Part shown: positions 23,953 to 37,233 of the stretch, one piece after another | Layout: each line of letters begins with the position of its first letter | Position numbering within the stretch: position 1 is the stretch's first letter | Assembly: GCA_903813345.2 (NCBI GenBank) | Contig: CAIIXF020000001.1 | Span: 20,522,001 to 20,586,000 of the forward strand | From: Owenia fusiformis | Lineage: Eukaryota | Length of the DNA: 64,000 nt | Direction: 5' to 3' | The notes under the pieces: generated by a model | Told to the model about the DNA's origin: nothing | The model's input: only the letters and a program-made list of their open reading frames with translations | Databases searched by the model: none | Program-made: the position numbers and the translations under genes

Positions 23953-25245
23953 AATCCCCTCCATAAGTTTGGCAACCTTTTTCCTCATAGGCTTACGTGT
24001 TGAAGCCCCTGTATGTTTGTATTTTTATTTTCATAACCTGCAAAGTAAAAACTCACAATGAAGGTGGGGATGTAACTTGACTTTATTTCCAATACCTTCA
24101 AAGTTTTCCATTTTTTCCTCAATTACAATAGGTCAAAAATTGATGACAAATTTGATGAATTTTTGAAAATCGTCAATCCAATGTAAACCAATGGGAAATG
24201 GTGGGTTCAGGTTCAGGACAAATCAAATTTCAGGATACCTATTCAAGAAAACATCTAACAAAGATTATTTTTATTTAGAAAATAATATTCCTTTGGCATT
24301 GAGTTATAAGTTTTTTCTTTGCGGGTTATGAAAATAAAAATTCAAACAAAGAAAGACTTTAAAGGCCCCATATAAAGTTTAAACCACTTTGGCTTATATT
24401 GTAGTCTTACCCAATGTTATCAAAGTGTGATATGTGAAACTTTTTTTTTAAATTTCAAAAAGTGGTTTTTGATAGACTTTTTGTTCCAAAGTTTGTGAAT
24501 TTATTTTAAACCAACTTTTAGAGGTCACTCATATCTACTAATTAGCCACAATTCATACCAATGTATAGCATTCTTCCCCCAATATTTTTTTCCGAAAATA
24601 ACAAGAAAATCGGATCATAAATAAGCGAGAAATGAACTTATCAGTGCATGAAAATGGTTCTGAGAAAAACGCATTTCAAAATTTTAGTTCTCATAGAAAC
24701 CAATGGTACAATGATATCTAAAACATAATTTGTTCTTCCTTTTAACCTGGTTAGACAATCAACATTGTTTTTTTATGAAAGTCTAACATATTTAGAAAAG
24801 ATTGACATCGAAAAAAAAATTTCAATTTTTTTCAAAAATTTTTTGGTACCTTAGTGACATCACTAATGTTTCAAAATATTTTTGATATGCTAAAACATTG
24901 AAGTGGCCCATTAAATATGGCATTTTATTATTGAAATAGTGTGTCCTTTGTTAAATCTTTGCATTGGTGTTAAAAAGATAATTTTTTTGAAATGCATTAA
25001 GAAATATTTGATGATTAAGAAATTTCAACTTTTTTTGAAAAATGGCGGGAAATTTGAATATTTGAGAAATGAAATGCTCACAACTTTTTTGTTCAAAAAT
25101 TTTTTTTGTTCAAAAATCTCTAAAATCACTTTTTAAGTCCTGACAAATAGCAAATGAATTATAAAAAAATATTTTCAAACTTTAGACGGGGACTTTAACA
25201 GTTAAGCCTATGGGGAAAAAAGGTTTTCAAACTTATGGAGGGGAG
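23953..25245. mobile_element. Tc1/mariner-like MITE (42689-43144 in unit 2) carrying a unit-1-specific Kolobok-like insertion at 24363-25194
   Basis: TIR tcccctccataagttt...aaacttatggagggga. The inner element is bounded by TTAA with aggcccc/ggggact ends. Confidence 0.7.
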
Positions 25246-26408
25246 ATTACTGTTGGATGTCCATCCCTTGTAGTCAAAATGATAGTAGATATCGTAGTAG
25301 GACAACTACATTGCATAGGGCTTGGCAGATGAAGTGAAGTGGACAATGAATAGTATAAATGATATTGAACGAATTTTAAACTCTCCTCCATAAGAGATAG
25401 ATGTGCAACTTGTATGTTGAAACAGAATTCATTTGAGACTCTCTTCATCACTTTTGGGTCTTAACTCTAAAAAGGATGGCACAACTATAACTTTTTATTA
25501 ATTATTTCTGGCTGTTGTGAATTCCAACTTTACCCTTTACTTTTTAAAGGTATCCATTTGAGACTTTCTACATCGCTTTCACTTTGATCTAAACTCAAAA
25601 GAAAATGGCACAACTTTAAACATGGGCTTTCATTATTACTGGTCAGAAAATGAGCTCAACATGTTGCTTGAAATGATATAAGCTTTGCAGCTTTGAATTT
25701 ATTCCTAGAAATAGAGAAAATGAAAAAAAACTGTTTTAAAAAGTGATCCATTTTCCTTTTTACGACCACATTTTTTGTTTCAGATGATTTTTCAAAATTT
25801 CAAAGCTCCTATCATTTGGAGCAAAAATCCAAATATTCTGCTGAGAGACCTTTCTGAAATGTCAAAGGGTCACAAAGGCATGATAAGATTTTGCATTTAT
25901 AATGTCACCACCAGAAGTGCTGACATATTGTTATAGTCTCCAATTTTTGGTGGACGGTGTTCGGCAGTCAGCATTACAAATGTTAGGCCTGTAACAAATT
26001 ACAAGGTGGCATCATGTTAATGCTTTGTCATATTTGTTTTGATTAAACTAAACAATCACTTATAGTACTCTGAGATTTTAGCAATCAATTATCTGAGTTT
26101 TGTTACCAGAATAAGAATAGCTGCTGCCACGGCTCTGATCTAAGTAAAAACATTGATAGTCCCAACTCATCAGAGCCAGGGCAGCCCATCTAAGCTCCAT
26201 CTGTCCTGGAGATCAAACTAATGGTATATGGTATTGTGTTATTATATTTCAGACAGAACAAGAAAGCTCATAGTGAAGTGATATCCACCTTACACAACTT
26301 GAACAAGGCAATTGAGTCTACCAAGGCAAATCCAAGTCTCACAAAGGCAGAGAAAGAAGCTCACATTAAAGAGCTGCAGAAAGATGTTGAAGAGGTAGTT
26401 ACTATTTT

Positions 26409-26868
26409 TAGTGTTGTCGCGATTAATCGATACATCGCGATATACATCGCCAAAGCTGGTTCTGGCGATGCATCGATGTCTGAAACAAAACATCGATGTT
26501 TTTAAAAAATTTTAATTTGCTAAAAATCGCCCTTTCTTATCTTAGCCTATCTTATTTTGACGCAAATTGCTTACCTTTTTTCATGTCTTATTTCATTTTC
26601 AAATGTTTTCTGATATTCTTTCGCTTTAAAACTGTTTTAGCTCGTCGAAATGAACCATTAATCTAAAAAAATTACTTTACTTTCATTTCACCGTTACTAT
26701 GTTTCCGGATGTACCAGCGTACTCTTATTAATTTGTTCTGTTCGATATTTTAGTGCATTAGCGTTCGGTATTTCTTTTTCTCGATGTACATCGCGATGTG
26801 CATCGATGTTTACTACTGAAAATTGCCGATGCATCGATGTACGATTATGGCACATCGTGACAACACTA
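26409..26868. mobile_element. hAT MITE
   Basis: 8-bp TSD actatttt and TIR tagtgttgtcrcgat. Absent from unit 1 (~1234). Confidence 0.85.
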
Positions 26869-28416
26869 ACTATTTTTACAAATGTATCAATTAACAATAA
26901 AACACCAGGGGATAGGAATTTTTTTAATATACTTTTAAAATAATATTTTTATAATGCAAGTCATCAAGCCAATATACCAATGGAATATGTTGGAACCTCC
27001 AGAAACTTAACAATGTGGGGGACCTTCGTGAAACTGGAATATGAAGTTCTTGGCCTCATGAGAAGTTATTGGACTTCTTGTGGCATATGTGACCTTGCCC
27101 TATTGCAAGGTATGCCTTAAGGGCTGGTCATCTGGTCATTACCAGGTTACTTTTAATAATGAACAGTTGATTTTTTTCTCAAGGTAAAGGAAAATAACAT
27201 TGCAACTGGTTTGTGGTGCTATTTAAACCAGCAGCTCTCAGGTCCTTGGGGCATACACTGCCCCACTGGTGTAAGTTGGGCTTAACTCTTTAACAAGTCC
27301 AAGTACTATATAAATCATCATCCTATTCAGTGATCTACCCAGGATTTTTTCTCAGGTGGGTGCAAGATTCTCATTTTCACAATTAAGACCAAAATTGGTC
27401 AAAATATGCCCGTTTTACTCATTTTCAAGTGTGTGCAAATGAATTTTGAGGTGGGTGCATGCCTGTTTTCAAAATCTCAGGTAGGTGCTGCGCCCACTTG
27501 CTTTAATGCTTGGGAGATCACTGCTATTGTTCATCAACAAGTGCCTTTATTGAATCATCATTAAGTACTGTTGTTGTAGGCTGGGGGCATTGCAGTGTAT
27601 CAAGTGGCCTCTAAGAGAGGAGAAAGCAAGCATGGGAGTTTCAACTCTGCAAAATGGGTTGTCAAGACACTGAAAAAACACAAAGTGAAACCTGCTTCAG
27701 TTGAGGTAAGAATACTGGCATATCATCTCAAGTGTTTAAACAATTAATACTATACATGTAGTAATGTGGTGATTAAGATGTTTTTATATCCAATTCTAGA
27801 AGCAGTTTTATGGTAGAGGAAAATTTCAGAAAATGGTTGTTTGACATTACATTTAAAGGCACTTTACTTAAAGGCCCTATGTAAAGGGCCTAAGTCCATA
27901 GGTCTGATTAAAATTCAAAGTATGCATAGCAAATGAAATTAATGGGTTTTGTAACATTTATTTGATCTACTGTAAATTGCTTTAATTTGCCTGCTATTTA
28001 ATTTAACAGTAACATATGGATATTGTAGGGCTAGCTAGTAATTCATGTGCCCAGGTTACGCTTGGGTGACACTTCAACAGGGAGGTTTTACCTTCATATA
28101 TGAGCTAAGAAAAATGTAAAAAATGAGGTTACAATTAAAATATTGAAAGAATTCTCAATGAGACTTAAGGTCCCGGGGACTTTTTCAAAAAATTGGGGGA
28201 GACTTAATTTGGTTGTTCTTATCTATCCGCTAAATCAGCCAAATTAAAACGGCCATCAAATTAAAGCAATTTACAGTATCCAATAGATTACAGTTTATAT
28301 TGTTATACTTTATAATTATTAAATCTAATCTTTTGTTGCAAATGTTTCTAAAATGTTCAATCAAAAGCATGAGAAATAAGTCATGTATTGTTGTATACAT
28401 TGGAATCCTTGCCAGA

Positions 28417-31400
28417 TTAGATAATCCTGCAACACAGGAAGGTCAGGGACTTATATGGTTCCTTTCCTCTCAACTCTGCTATCTTTGGTCTTGATAGAAT
28501 TCTCTCCAGATAGGCCTTCAATAAAGGGTATGGTTCAAGGATTGTCGAATCTACTGCTAGACATGTGTCTAGGAAGTCGGCTATTTTGTAATCAGCAAAG
28601 GAAATCTTTTCTCCCACTAGAAATCCTGTTCCACCATTATTTTTCTCCAGTTCATTCTAAGATAGAAAGTTATATTTGGTAAGATTGCCTGTCTGATGCT
28701 ATTGACCAATAGTTTTCAGCTTAGCTTGTATGGTTTAATTTTTGAGTCAATTAGAGAAAATAAATACGGGGCCAAAAATTTGCATTGCGAGTTGTCTAGA
28801 TTAGAAATATGTTCAGCAGATACAGGTGTTTTACTGTTTTAAAAAACCTTATAGAGAGAAATATTTCATTGATTTGTGAACATTGAAAAGTTTTCTTGAG
28901 ATGCATTAGTAATATACCATCTCAAACTCACCTCCAGAGGTCTGAGGTTATCTGGGAGGATGAACCTCACAAGCTTTTCTCTCTGGGTGGCATGCTATAA
29001 AAGCAAATTTAATTAAATTCAATAAATTCATGAAAGATATATGATTCTCAAGTAGTCTCGGAAATTGATGTAACAGTCCAGTCCTGGTGACTGGCTTTGA
29101 TGTGAACTTACTTTTGTTTAGACTAAGTCTTTTAGATATATTTTGAACACTTCTAAACATGCTTTTATTTGATGTATATTAACATGTTCTTGACATATGG
29201 ACTGACATTAATTCAGTTTGACAAGGGGTTTGGCATTAATTCAGATGAGAAGAGTTTTGGCATTAATTCAGTTTTAGAAGAGTTTTGGCATTAATTCAGA
29301 TGAGAAGAGTTTTGGCATTAATTCAGATGAGAAGAGTTTTGGCATTAATTCAGTTTGACAAAAGTTTTGGCATTAATTCATTTTGAGAAGAGTTTTGGCA
29401 TTAATTCATTTTGAGAAGGGTTTTGGCATTAATTCAGTTTGAGAAGAGTTTTGGCATTAATTCAGTTTGAGAAAAGTTTTGCCATTAATTCAGTTTGACA
29501 AGGGTTTTGGCATTAATTCAGTTTGACAAAAGTTTTGGCATTAATTCAGTTTGACAAGGGTTTTGGCATTAATTCAGTTAGAGAAGAGTTTTGGCATTAA
29601 TTCAGTTTGAGAAGAGTTTTGGCATTAATTCAGATGAGAAGAGTTTTGGCATTAATTCAGTTTGACAAGGGTTTTGGCATTGATTCAGTTTGACAAGGGG
29701 TTTGGCATTAATTCAGATGAGAAGAGTTTTGGCATTAATTCCGTTTGACAAGGGTTTTGGCATTAATTCAGTTTGAGAAGAGTTTTGGCATTAATTTAGA
29801 TGAGAAGAGTTTTGGCATTTATTCAGTTTGACAAAAATTTTGGCATTGATTCAGTTTGACAAGGGTTTTGGCATTAATTCAGTTTGAGAAGAGTTTTGGC
29901 ATTAATTCGGTTTGAGAAGAGTTTTGGCATTTATTCAGTTTGACAAAAGTTTTGGCATTGATTCAGTTTGACAAGGGTTTTGGCATTAATTCAGATGAGA
30001 AGAGTTTTGGCATTAATTCAGTTTGACAAGAGTTTTAAAGTACATGTAGGTTTCAGATAAGTCCTTCCCTTAACACTGAATATTTCATCCAGATACAGTA
30101 ACCTTATTTTAATCAAGTAATATCATATTCAGATCATAAATAGATTGAATATGTACTTACATAGTCACCATAAGCCCTCACATATATCTGCTCCCTCCCT
30201 TCGCTCTCATGCTCAATTAGAATATCTATCTGGGTAACATCATCTTCAGTTGTACCATACAGGTCATACTTCCTGGCCAGATAGCGCAAGATTGCATTGG
30301 TCTGTGATATCACTTGGCCCTCTGGGGTCTTGAGCACAGGTAACACATTGAATGGCTGGAGTATAAAACCTTTCAACATTGACCTGTATGATTTCAAATA
30401 ACCCCACTGCTTTGAATGTTTGCAGGTTTGCAATAACGCAGATGCGAGTAGGTAGTTACCAGATTCACCACCAGGTGGCTCGTTCAGGTCAGATAGCATG
30501 GCGGGTATAGTAGAAAGTTCCCTTTAACTTAAATTACATCTATTTGCGTGGTTCAATTTTCATATAACCCTCATGTATCTAATAGTTATGCAAATGAAAA
30601 TATGTCCAGTAAAAGAAAATGCTATCTGTCCAATACAAGAGAAGATAATTCACTTTTTGTGATTTTGTAACATGGGGTCTATGAGGAATCAACCCGAACA
30701 AGAAGTCACATTTTCAAAAAAAATTAAATTTTCAAAGCTGATAGACAATTTTCGAAAACATGTTTCTAGATGTACTTTTACATGCAGATTTCAAATATGA
30801 CATCATTTTGACTGAATTTTGAATATTTAATAACGTAAATCAAGATTATTTCTACTCGCATCTAGTCTATTGCAATGTGTTAAAGAAACAGGCAGTGCTA
30901 CTTTAAAGAATAGTTGTAATTTTGTAATTTATCAAATAGTTACGAAATTAAACTTTTTTTTACATTTGACAAATGATTGTTAATCCAGCTGATTAATAGG
31001 AACATATTTATCACCTTGACAACAGTCCAGGGAAAGTGGGGAAATTTATATAATTCAATAAAAAGAATTCTGGCTTCATTTTTCCAAATTTTTAGTCAGT
31101 AGATATCCTTTAAGATTAAAGCTATCTATATGATTTTCAAAAAAATGATTTACATGGTTCAGACTCAAAATATATGTTGTATCTGGGTATCATCATATTT
31201 GATCTTTCATTTGATATAAAGTACATTTTTAAATGATCAATCAAAACATTTTCCTGTGTTTTGTTCAATAGGGAAAATAAATGCATATGATATCGAGAGG
31301 GAAATGGTCTGGCAAGTGATGTCCATTGAGGAATTGACCAGTAGCGTGCATTTTTGAAAACCCGAGATTACCTAATAAGGAATGAAGTATTTTTTAGTTG

Positions 31401-32461
31401 AAGTCTGAAATGAGAATGTGATACTCAATCTTATAACATTTAGAATTGAACTATAATTCAAAACCAGATCACCAAAATATATTACAAAAACTCTTTCACA
31501 AAATACTCCAAGCCTGACGAGCATGCTCACTATTTCTTATATCAATGATATCATCCATACACTGCAGTGTTTATAATAAGACCAAGGTTCAAGATTAAGC
31601 TCAAAAATTACAGTTTGTTTGTAAAACATCTAACCAGGCCATTGAGGCCAACCTGTCTCAAGTGGATCATAAATTAAAGTAATATTCAATGCAAAACTAT
31701 GATTTTAAGAAATCTACCTACCACCTCAGGTTTGAGTTTTTTCCATTCTTCACTGTAGCTATAATCTTTATCAAATGAATGGTTAAAGATTTTATCCAGT
31801 GTAATCGGATTTACTTTAGCATCAGCTTCAGCAGCTTCAGAAAAAACTGGTATGATGGAATCATCATGAGGAATATCATTATCTGCTAGCAGATACCTTA
31901 TTGGTTGACCTCTACCTTTAAATATAGCATATAATAGACTGAATGTTTAGTATTTCTTGCTCACCTCTAAATTCGTATTTTCAGCCTGCCCAAATTTAGA
32001 ACTTTCAAAGTAGACAACTTTAAAAGATAAGAAATTAGAAAAATCAATGATGTATGTCGCTTTAAGGAAGGTATTCAGTCATCCTATGCATGCAATCATT
32101 GAATAATTGAAACATCTGCAATTGCATTTATCTCTTACCCTTGCAGTCAAAGTAAATGTGCTTCAAGATAGACACTGAAAAACATAAAAAATATATGTAG
32201 CTGCTAAGGTTATAGTACATGAATGCTTATTATTAAGGTGTTTGGTGAGGCTGATAGTGATTATAATTTCTATGTAAAACCTTCCCTACTTCAAAATAAC
32301 CTTGTATAGTGCTATGTAAATGTTAGCAGTTACAGTTTCTGTAGTCCAGTCCATGGTTACCACGGTATGTTAATGAAACATATTATTGATTCCATATTGG
32401 TAGACCCATAAGTTGCCTTTTGTACTCTCATGTAAAATGATGACAAATTATTTTACTCACT
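28417..32461 (-). CDS. GSTP: Glutathione S-transferase, Pi-class-like, copy 2 (242 aa, intact)
   Basis: CDS pieces 32461, 32174-32139, 31915-31722, 30355-30161, 28994-28932, 28656-28417. Exon lengths and splice sites match copy 1 and there are no stops. Confidence 0.9.
29205..30036 (+). repeat. 27-28-bp minisatellite in GST copy 2 intron
   Basis: Unit ttttggcattaattcagtttgagaagag, about 30 copies; not present in unit 1. Confidence 0.9.
30428..30875. mobile_element. Unclassified TIR element
   Basis: Imperfect TIR caata..cagatgcgagtag / ctactcgcatctag..tattg. Absent from unit 1 (~6278). Confidence 0.6.
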
Positions 32462-32844
32462 TTTAAGATTGACTCTTACACATTTGCTGACTGAACCTCC
32501 TAGTAAGACAGACAGAAGTTTGTACTTTTTGTTTTATGGTGTTCAAATGTCATTAAAATGTTATTCAGATTGTCACCAATAATTTGACAATCATTGAATT
32601 AAGTCAACCTGACTTATATGATATAAATCAGTTTGACTAAACTCAATGTCCAAATCATACTCACTTGCACCAGTAGGGGTTTGCTTTAGTGAATGAGGTG
32701 GGAATAGGGTGAGAATAGAACATATGAAATGTATGGGGGAATAAATGAAATAGGATGGGAAGGGGAATCAAAGAGAAGAGAAATGCAAAAGTCAAGGCAG
32801 GTTGTATAGGTGGGATTGGGGGAATGTTAATGCAACGAATAGGA

Positions 32845-33350
32845 AGGGAGTCAATGGGTATGGAAGTTGAGGCTAGGTAAACAGGTACAAAAAGGAGGTT
32901 GAGGCAATGGGTATGGGAATTGAGGGTAGGTAAACAGGTACAAAAAGGGAGTTGAGGCAATGGGTATGGGAATTGAGGGTAGGTAAACAGGTACAAAAAG
33001 GGAGTTGAGGCAATGGGTATGGGAATTGAGGCTAGGTAAACAGGTACAAAAAGGGAGTTGAGGCAATGGGTATGGGAATTGAGGCTAGGTAAACAGGTAC
33101 AAAAAGGGAGTTGAGGCAATGGGTATGGGAATTGAGGCTAGGTAAACAGGTACAAAAAGGAGGTTGAGGCAATGGGTATGGGAATTGAGGCTAGGTAAAC
33201 AGGTACAAAAAGGGAGTTGAGGCAATGGGTATGGGAATTGAGGCTAGGTAAACAGGTACAAAAAGGGAGTTGGGGCAATGGTTATGGGAATTGAGGCTAG
33301 GTAAACAGGTACAAAAAGGGAGTTAAGGCAATGGTTATGGGAATTGAAGT
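32845..33350 (+). repeat. G-rich 53-bp minisatellite upstream of GST copy 2
   Basis: Unit aaagggagttgaggcaatgggtatgggaattgaggctaggtaaacaggtacaa, about 9 copies. Confidence 0.9.
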
Positions 33351-33873
33351 AAGTAGGGGAAGAGAAACAGGGAGAAGGGAGTTGGGGCGATGGATATGGA
33401 AGTTTTAGTAGAGGGAAGAGGAACAAGAAGGGAGTTGAGGTGAGGGGAATCAATTGTAGTCAAATGAATGGAAAAGTGATAAAGGAGAAAGTCAAGTCAG
33501 CGGAGTGGAAACTTTGAAAACTATATCTTGGCATTTGTGTCTACCCCAAGTACAGTACATAATGAGTGCAATTTTACTTGATATAATGAGTCAACTACAG
33601 GTTTTATTTATATTCACAGGAGAAGCATCTGCAGTTGCTGGATGTTGGAGCCTTGGATGAGAATTACCAGAAATGGAAGTCTTGGATATGCCCTACAGCA
33701 ATAGATCTGAATCCCCAATCTCCAGCTATTCTCCAGGCTGATTTCCTAGACTTTAAGGTTAGTAATCAGGATATTAAATTATTCAATGAATTTGCTTCAA
33801 CTTTTTCAGTTAGGCTTCTTGAAATATAATTCGCTGAGGATATATGATTTTAATTTGGTATAAGGGTGGAATG

Positions 33874-34367
33874 CAGGCCTGTCAACTGTCCCGCAATTTG
33901 CGTATTTGTCACGCATTTGCTGAAGAATTTGAAGTCACGCCAGTTATTTTTGCGTGACAGAAAATGTCACGCAAATACGCATTTTACCTGGTAATTGTCA
34001 AGCAAAAATATTTCTGTAGAAAAATTTCAAAAAAAGATCGTCTGCACAGCAAAAATACGAACGCCGGAAAAAATGTACGCATTTCGTTCGGACTTTTCAC
34101 GCGAATTACGTATATGTCCCGCATTCCGTTCGAAAATTTTCGTACCTCCCCCCCCCCCCCCCGTTGATGGATGTTTGAAACGCGAGCGTAGCGATCGCGA
34201 AAAATTTGAGGTGTTCAAAATTTGGCAAGATGTAATAATATGGAAACCAAGGTGTTCAAAATTTGGATAAAGGTGTTCAGATTTGGACCAAGGTGTCCAC
34301 ATTTTGAGGGGAGGTGTTCAACATTTCCAAGTCACTCATGTTAGGTGTTCCCAAGTTGACAGGCCTG
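33874..34367 (+). mobile_element. hAT-like MITE with a 6-bp TSD
   Basis: TIR caggcctgtcaac, TSD ggaatg. Same family as 40453-40904. Confidence 0.85.
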
Positions 34368-36080
34368 GGAATGTATAGTATAGTAGAATGCATATATACT
34401 TGGGATAAATACAGGGTGACCCCAAAAACAGAACCATCCATAATTTCTTTAATACATATCTTATCAGCTTCATTCCTTACATAACATTCAATATTCTTTT
34501 TGTTATGGTCAATTAAAAAATGTATCCACTTTTGACAGAAAAGAAAATGTTAAATTATCGTGGCATCCAAAATGTTACATATCATTTGTTAAGGAAGTGT
34601 TCCAGCAACCTTTAAACCATTTTAAGTATGGCTGGACCTTCTGAGTGTTGGAACAATGTTCAATGCAATCACACACAGTGCTCTCATACTTCATTCTAAG
34701 AACCATGTAGATAGGAACGCTGATCATTTCTCCTTTCTTCCTCTTTCAACTCATTTTTAAATATTTGACTTTGATATTACATGTCAGGCAATGATTTTGA
34801 CTGATCATTCTGCTGTCTTAATCGTTGATTTTTGTCTCAATCATGTTTATTTCATGTTTGATGACCTGTAACCAGGGAGTCATGAATAGTGTTCCAGATT
34901 TGGTATCTGTACTTTCACATTTGAATAACGATAGATACAGATGGCATGTTCACTTTTATACTTTCATAGCATATTTTTCTGTATATTGTATTACTAGAAG
35001 TCACATACTGAATATCACCAGATTTCTTAGTTGTTTTACCTAGGCATTGCTAGTTGATTGCTTTTCAAATTTTCTTTGACATCTTTAACGTTAAACCAGT
35101 ATACCCTCCTCAATTTGAATACATATTATCAAAAAGCGATGCACATATTAATATAAAAAAAGGTTGAAGGAAATATTTTCATTTTTAAATTACAGAAAGA
35201 TGTCAGTCAAGTCTATGATGTGATTGTTCTGAGTCTTGTTCTGAATTTTGCTGGAGATCCAATCATACGTGGCAAAATGCTAAAGCAAGCCAGGAGACTA
35301 TGCAAAATTGATGGCCATGTCTTGGTAAGCTTGAACATATATTTTTACTAGTATGACAGATTTGAGGGTCTATAACAGCAAAACCATCTCTTCCCCAATA
35401 CAATTGATTACAGGCTTTGTATAAAAAACCTCCTACCCACGTACCCTCGTACCCACGTACGTGGGTCCTGATCCAGTCTTTAAAGAGTTAAATTTTTAAA
35501 TGTTTAAAACATTATTCAATCTCAGTTTATCCTGAATTATAGATGAATTTATGCATCCATATGCCTTTATTTATAGGTCTGACATCTCTGTAGTAAAATA
35601 AAATAAAGCCGGTGTAAAAGGGTAGGAGGTCCTATCAAATTGGGAATGTACTAAAAACCCTTCGACCTACGACCCTTCGACCCTACGACTTACTGGGTGT
35701 CAAGAATTTTTGGAATATATTTTATTGAAAAACCCTTCGACCTCTGATTTCCCAGTCCAGTTTACTAAATGATTACGTATAGTTCCAACTTGAGCTCCCT
35801 GTGCACGCAAATACGCATTTTACCTGGTAATTGTCAAGCAAAAATGTTTCAGTAGAAAAATTTCTAAAAAAGTTCGTCTACACAGCAAAAATGCGAACGC
35901 CGAAAAAAAACGTACGCATTTCGTTCGGGATTTTCACGCGAATTACGTATATGTCACGCATTGCGTTATTTTACTTTTTTACTAAAACTTGAAAAGTAGT
36001 TGAACGATTTTGAGATCAAAAGTTCGATGGGATTTGCTCCACCTCGCGTTGCTGTTATCTAGTTCTGAAATGTTTCATAT

Positions 36081-37233
36081 CGGAGTGGCTCCAGGACCGA
36101 CAATTTTGTCGGTACTGAAGACTGTCCAGGGGTATTTGCTGGGGTACCGACAATTGTCGGCACTCTATCGTCACCTAGTAGTGCCAGATAGAGAACCGAC
36201 AATTGTCTGGTAGCCTAGTGGTTAGGGAGCACGACATGAACACACTCGGTCCCGAGTTCGAATCCCGGCAGGACCTACTTTTTTCTTTTGAGGGGGCATA
36301 GTGCTTCTTTTGCAGTATTGAATCGTACAGGCATTAACTTGTAGTGAGCCATAATTTATTTCGACAAAAATTGAAGCTTACCCCCCATAGTGTAATATAT
36401 CAAAATGCACCTGTCCATATAGGGGTTCGATTGACCTACATCAAATTATAGGGAGTCGGGTTACTTTTTGAGATATCAGCGTCCGTTTATTGTAACTTGC
36501 GTTTGCTACCACTTCCTCAATTCTGATATGACGGGCAAACGCGTAGTAAACATGCTCACGTTCGGAACTATTTTCACCTACATCGCTATTTTCGTAATTC
36601 AAATGAAAGTTGAACTCCTCTTTATTTTGATACCAAATAGTGGCATACTAGGTACCCTAGAAGCCAACTATGGGTTATTTAGAACGATACCACAGGTTTT
36701 TAAATGGACTATATAGGGGTCATACCTTTTGGCGGATGGATATGGAACCTCATACCATAAGCTTCAAATAAAAAACATTCTATGGCTATTTTCTTCTATC
36801 TAATGGGTAGCAAACGCCCCTTTCTACGCCTGATCGGCTCAGGAGAAATATCCTGTCTGTTTAGAATATATATAGCCGTTTACTCTGCATTAATAGCTCT
36901 CTTACGTCTTACTTGTTCATGTTTTTATGGGTTTTCAACGTTTACTACCATTCCCCGTTCCCGGGCTACCATTTTTTGACTGGGTTTGGTAATCCCCGGG
37001 TAACCGGGGCTAATGCCCTCCCCGGGTTTTGCACTTGTTCCCAAAATATCCGTATGATATCTGAAATATCCCCCCCGCGCATTGCGCATGCGCCAGAAAA
37101 TTCGAAAATCAATATTTGTCGGTCCTCTAGCGTGTAAACACAGCATATCTCCCGTACCGACAATTTATTTGTCGGTCCTCTAGCGTGCCACCACATCAGA
37201 GTCTAGAGTACCGACAATTGTCGGTACTCTAGC
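36081..37233 (+). mobile_element. Palindrome-rich cassette, copy 1 (inverted copy 2 at ~38088-39709)
   Basis: ACCGACAATTGTCGGT palindromes spaced ~50 bp apart at both ends and an internal tRNA-like segment; no TSD found. Confidence 0.7.
36204..36276 (+). other. Degenerate tRNA-derived (SINE-head-like) sequence; second copy at 39417-39485 on the minus strand
   Basis: A box TAGCCTAGTGG, B box GAGTTCGAATCC and a following T-run. The acceptor and anticodon stems pair poorly. Confidence 0.6.

Noticed and set aside
32661-33453. Pro/Cys-rich repetitive ORFs (also 17500-18794, 13195-13495, 11876-12144)
   Set aside because: They are translations of minisatellites.
36204-36276. Functional tRNA gene
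   Set aside because: The acceptor and anticodon stems do not pair properly, the two copies differ at the anticodon, and both lie inside a repeat.
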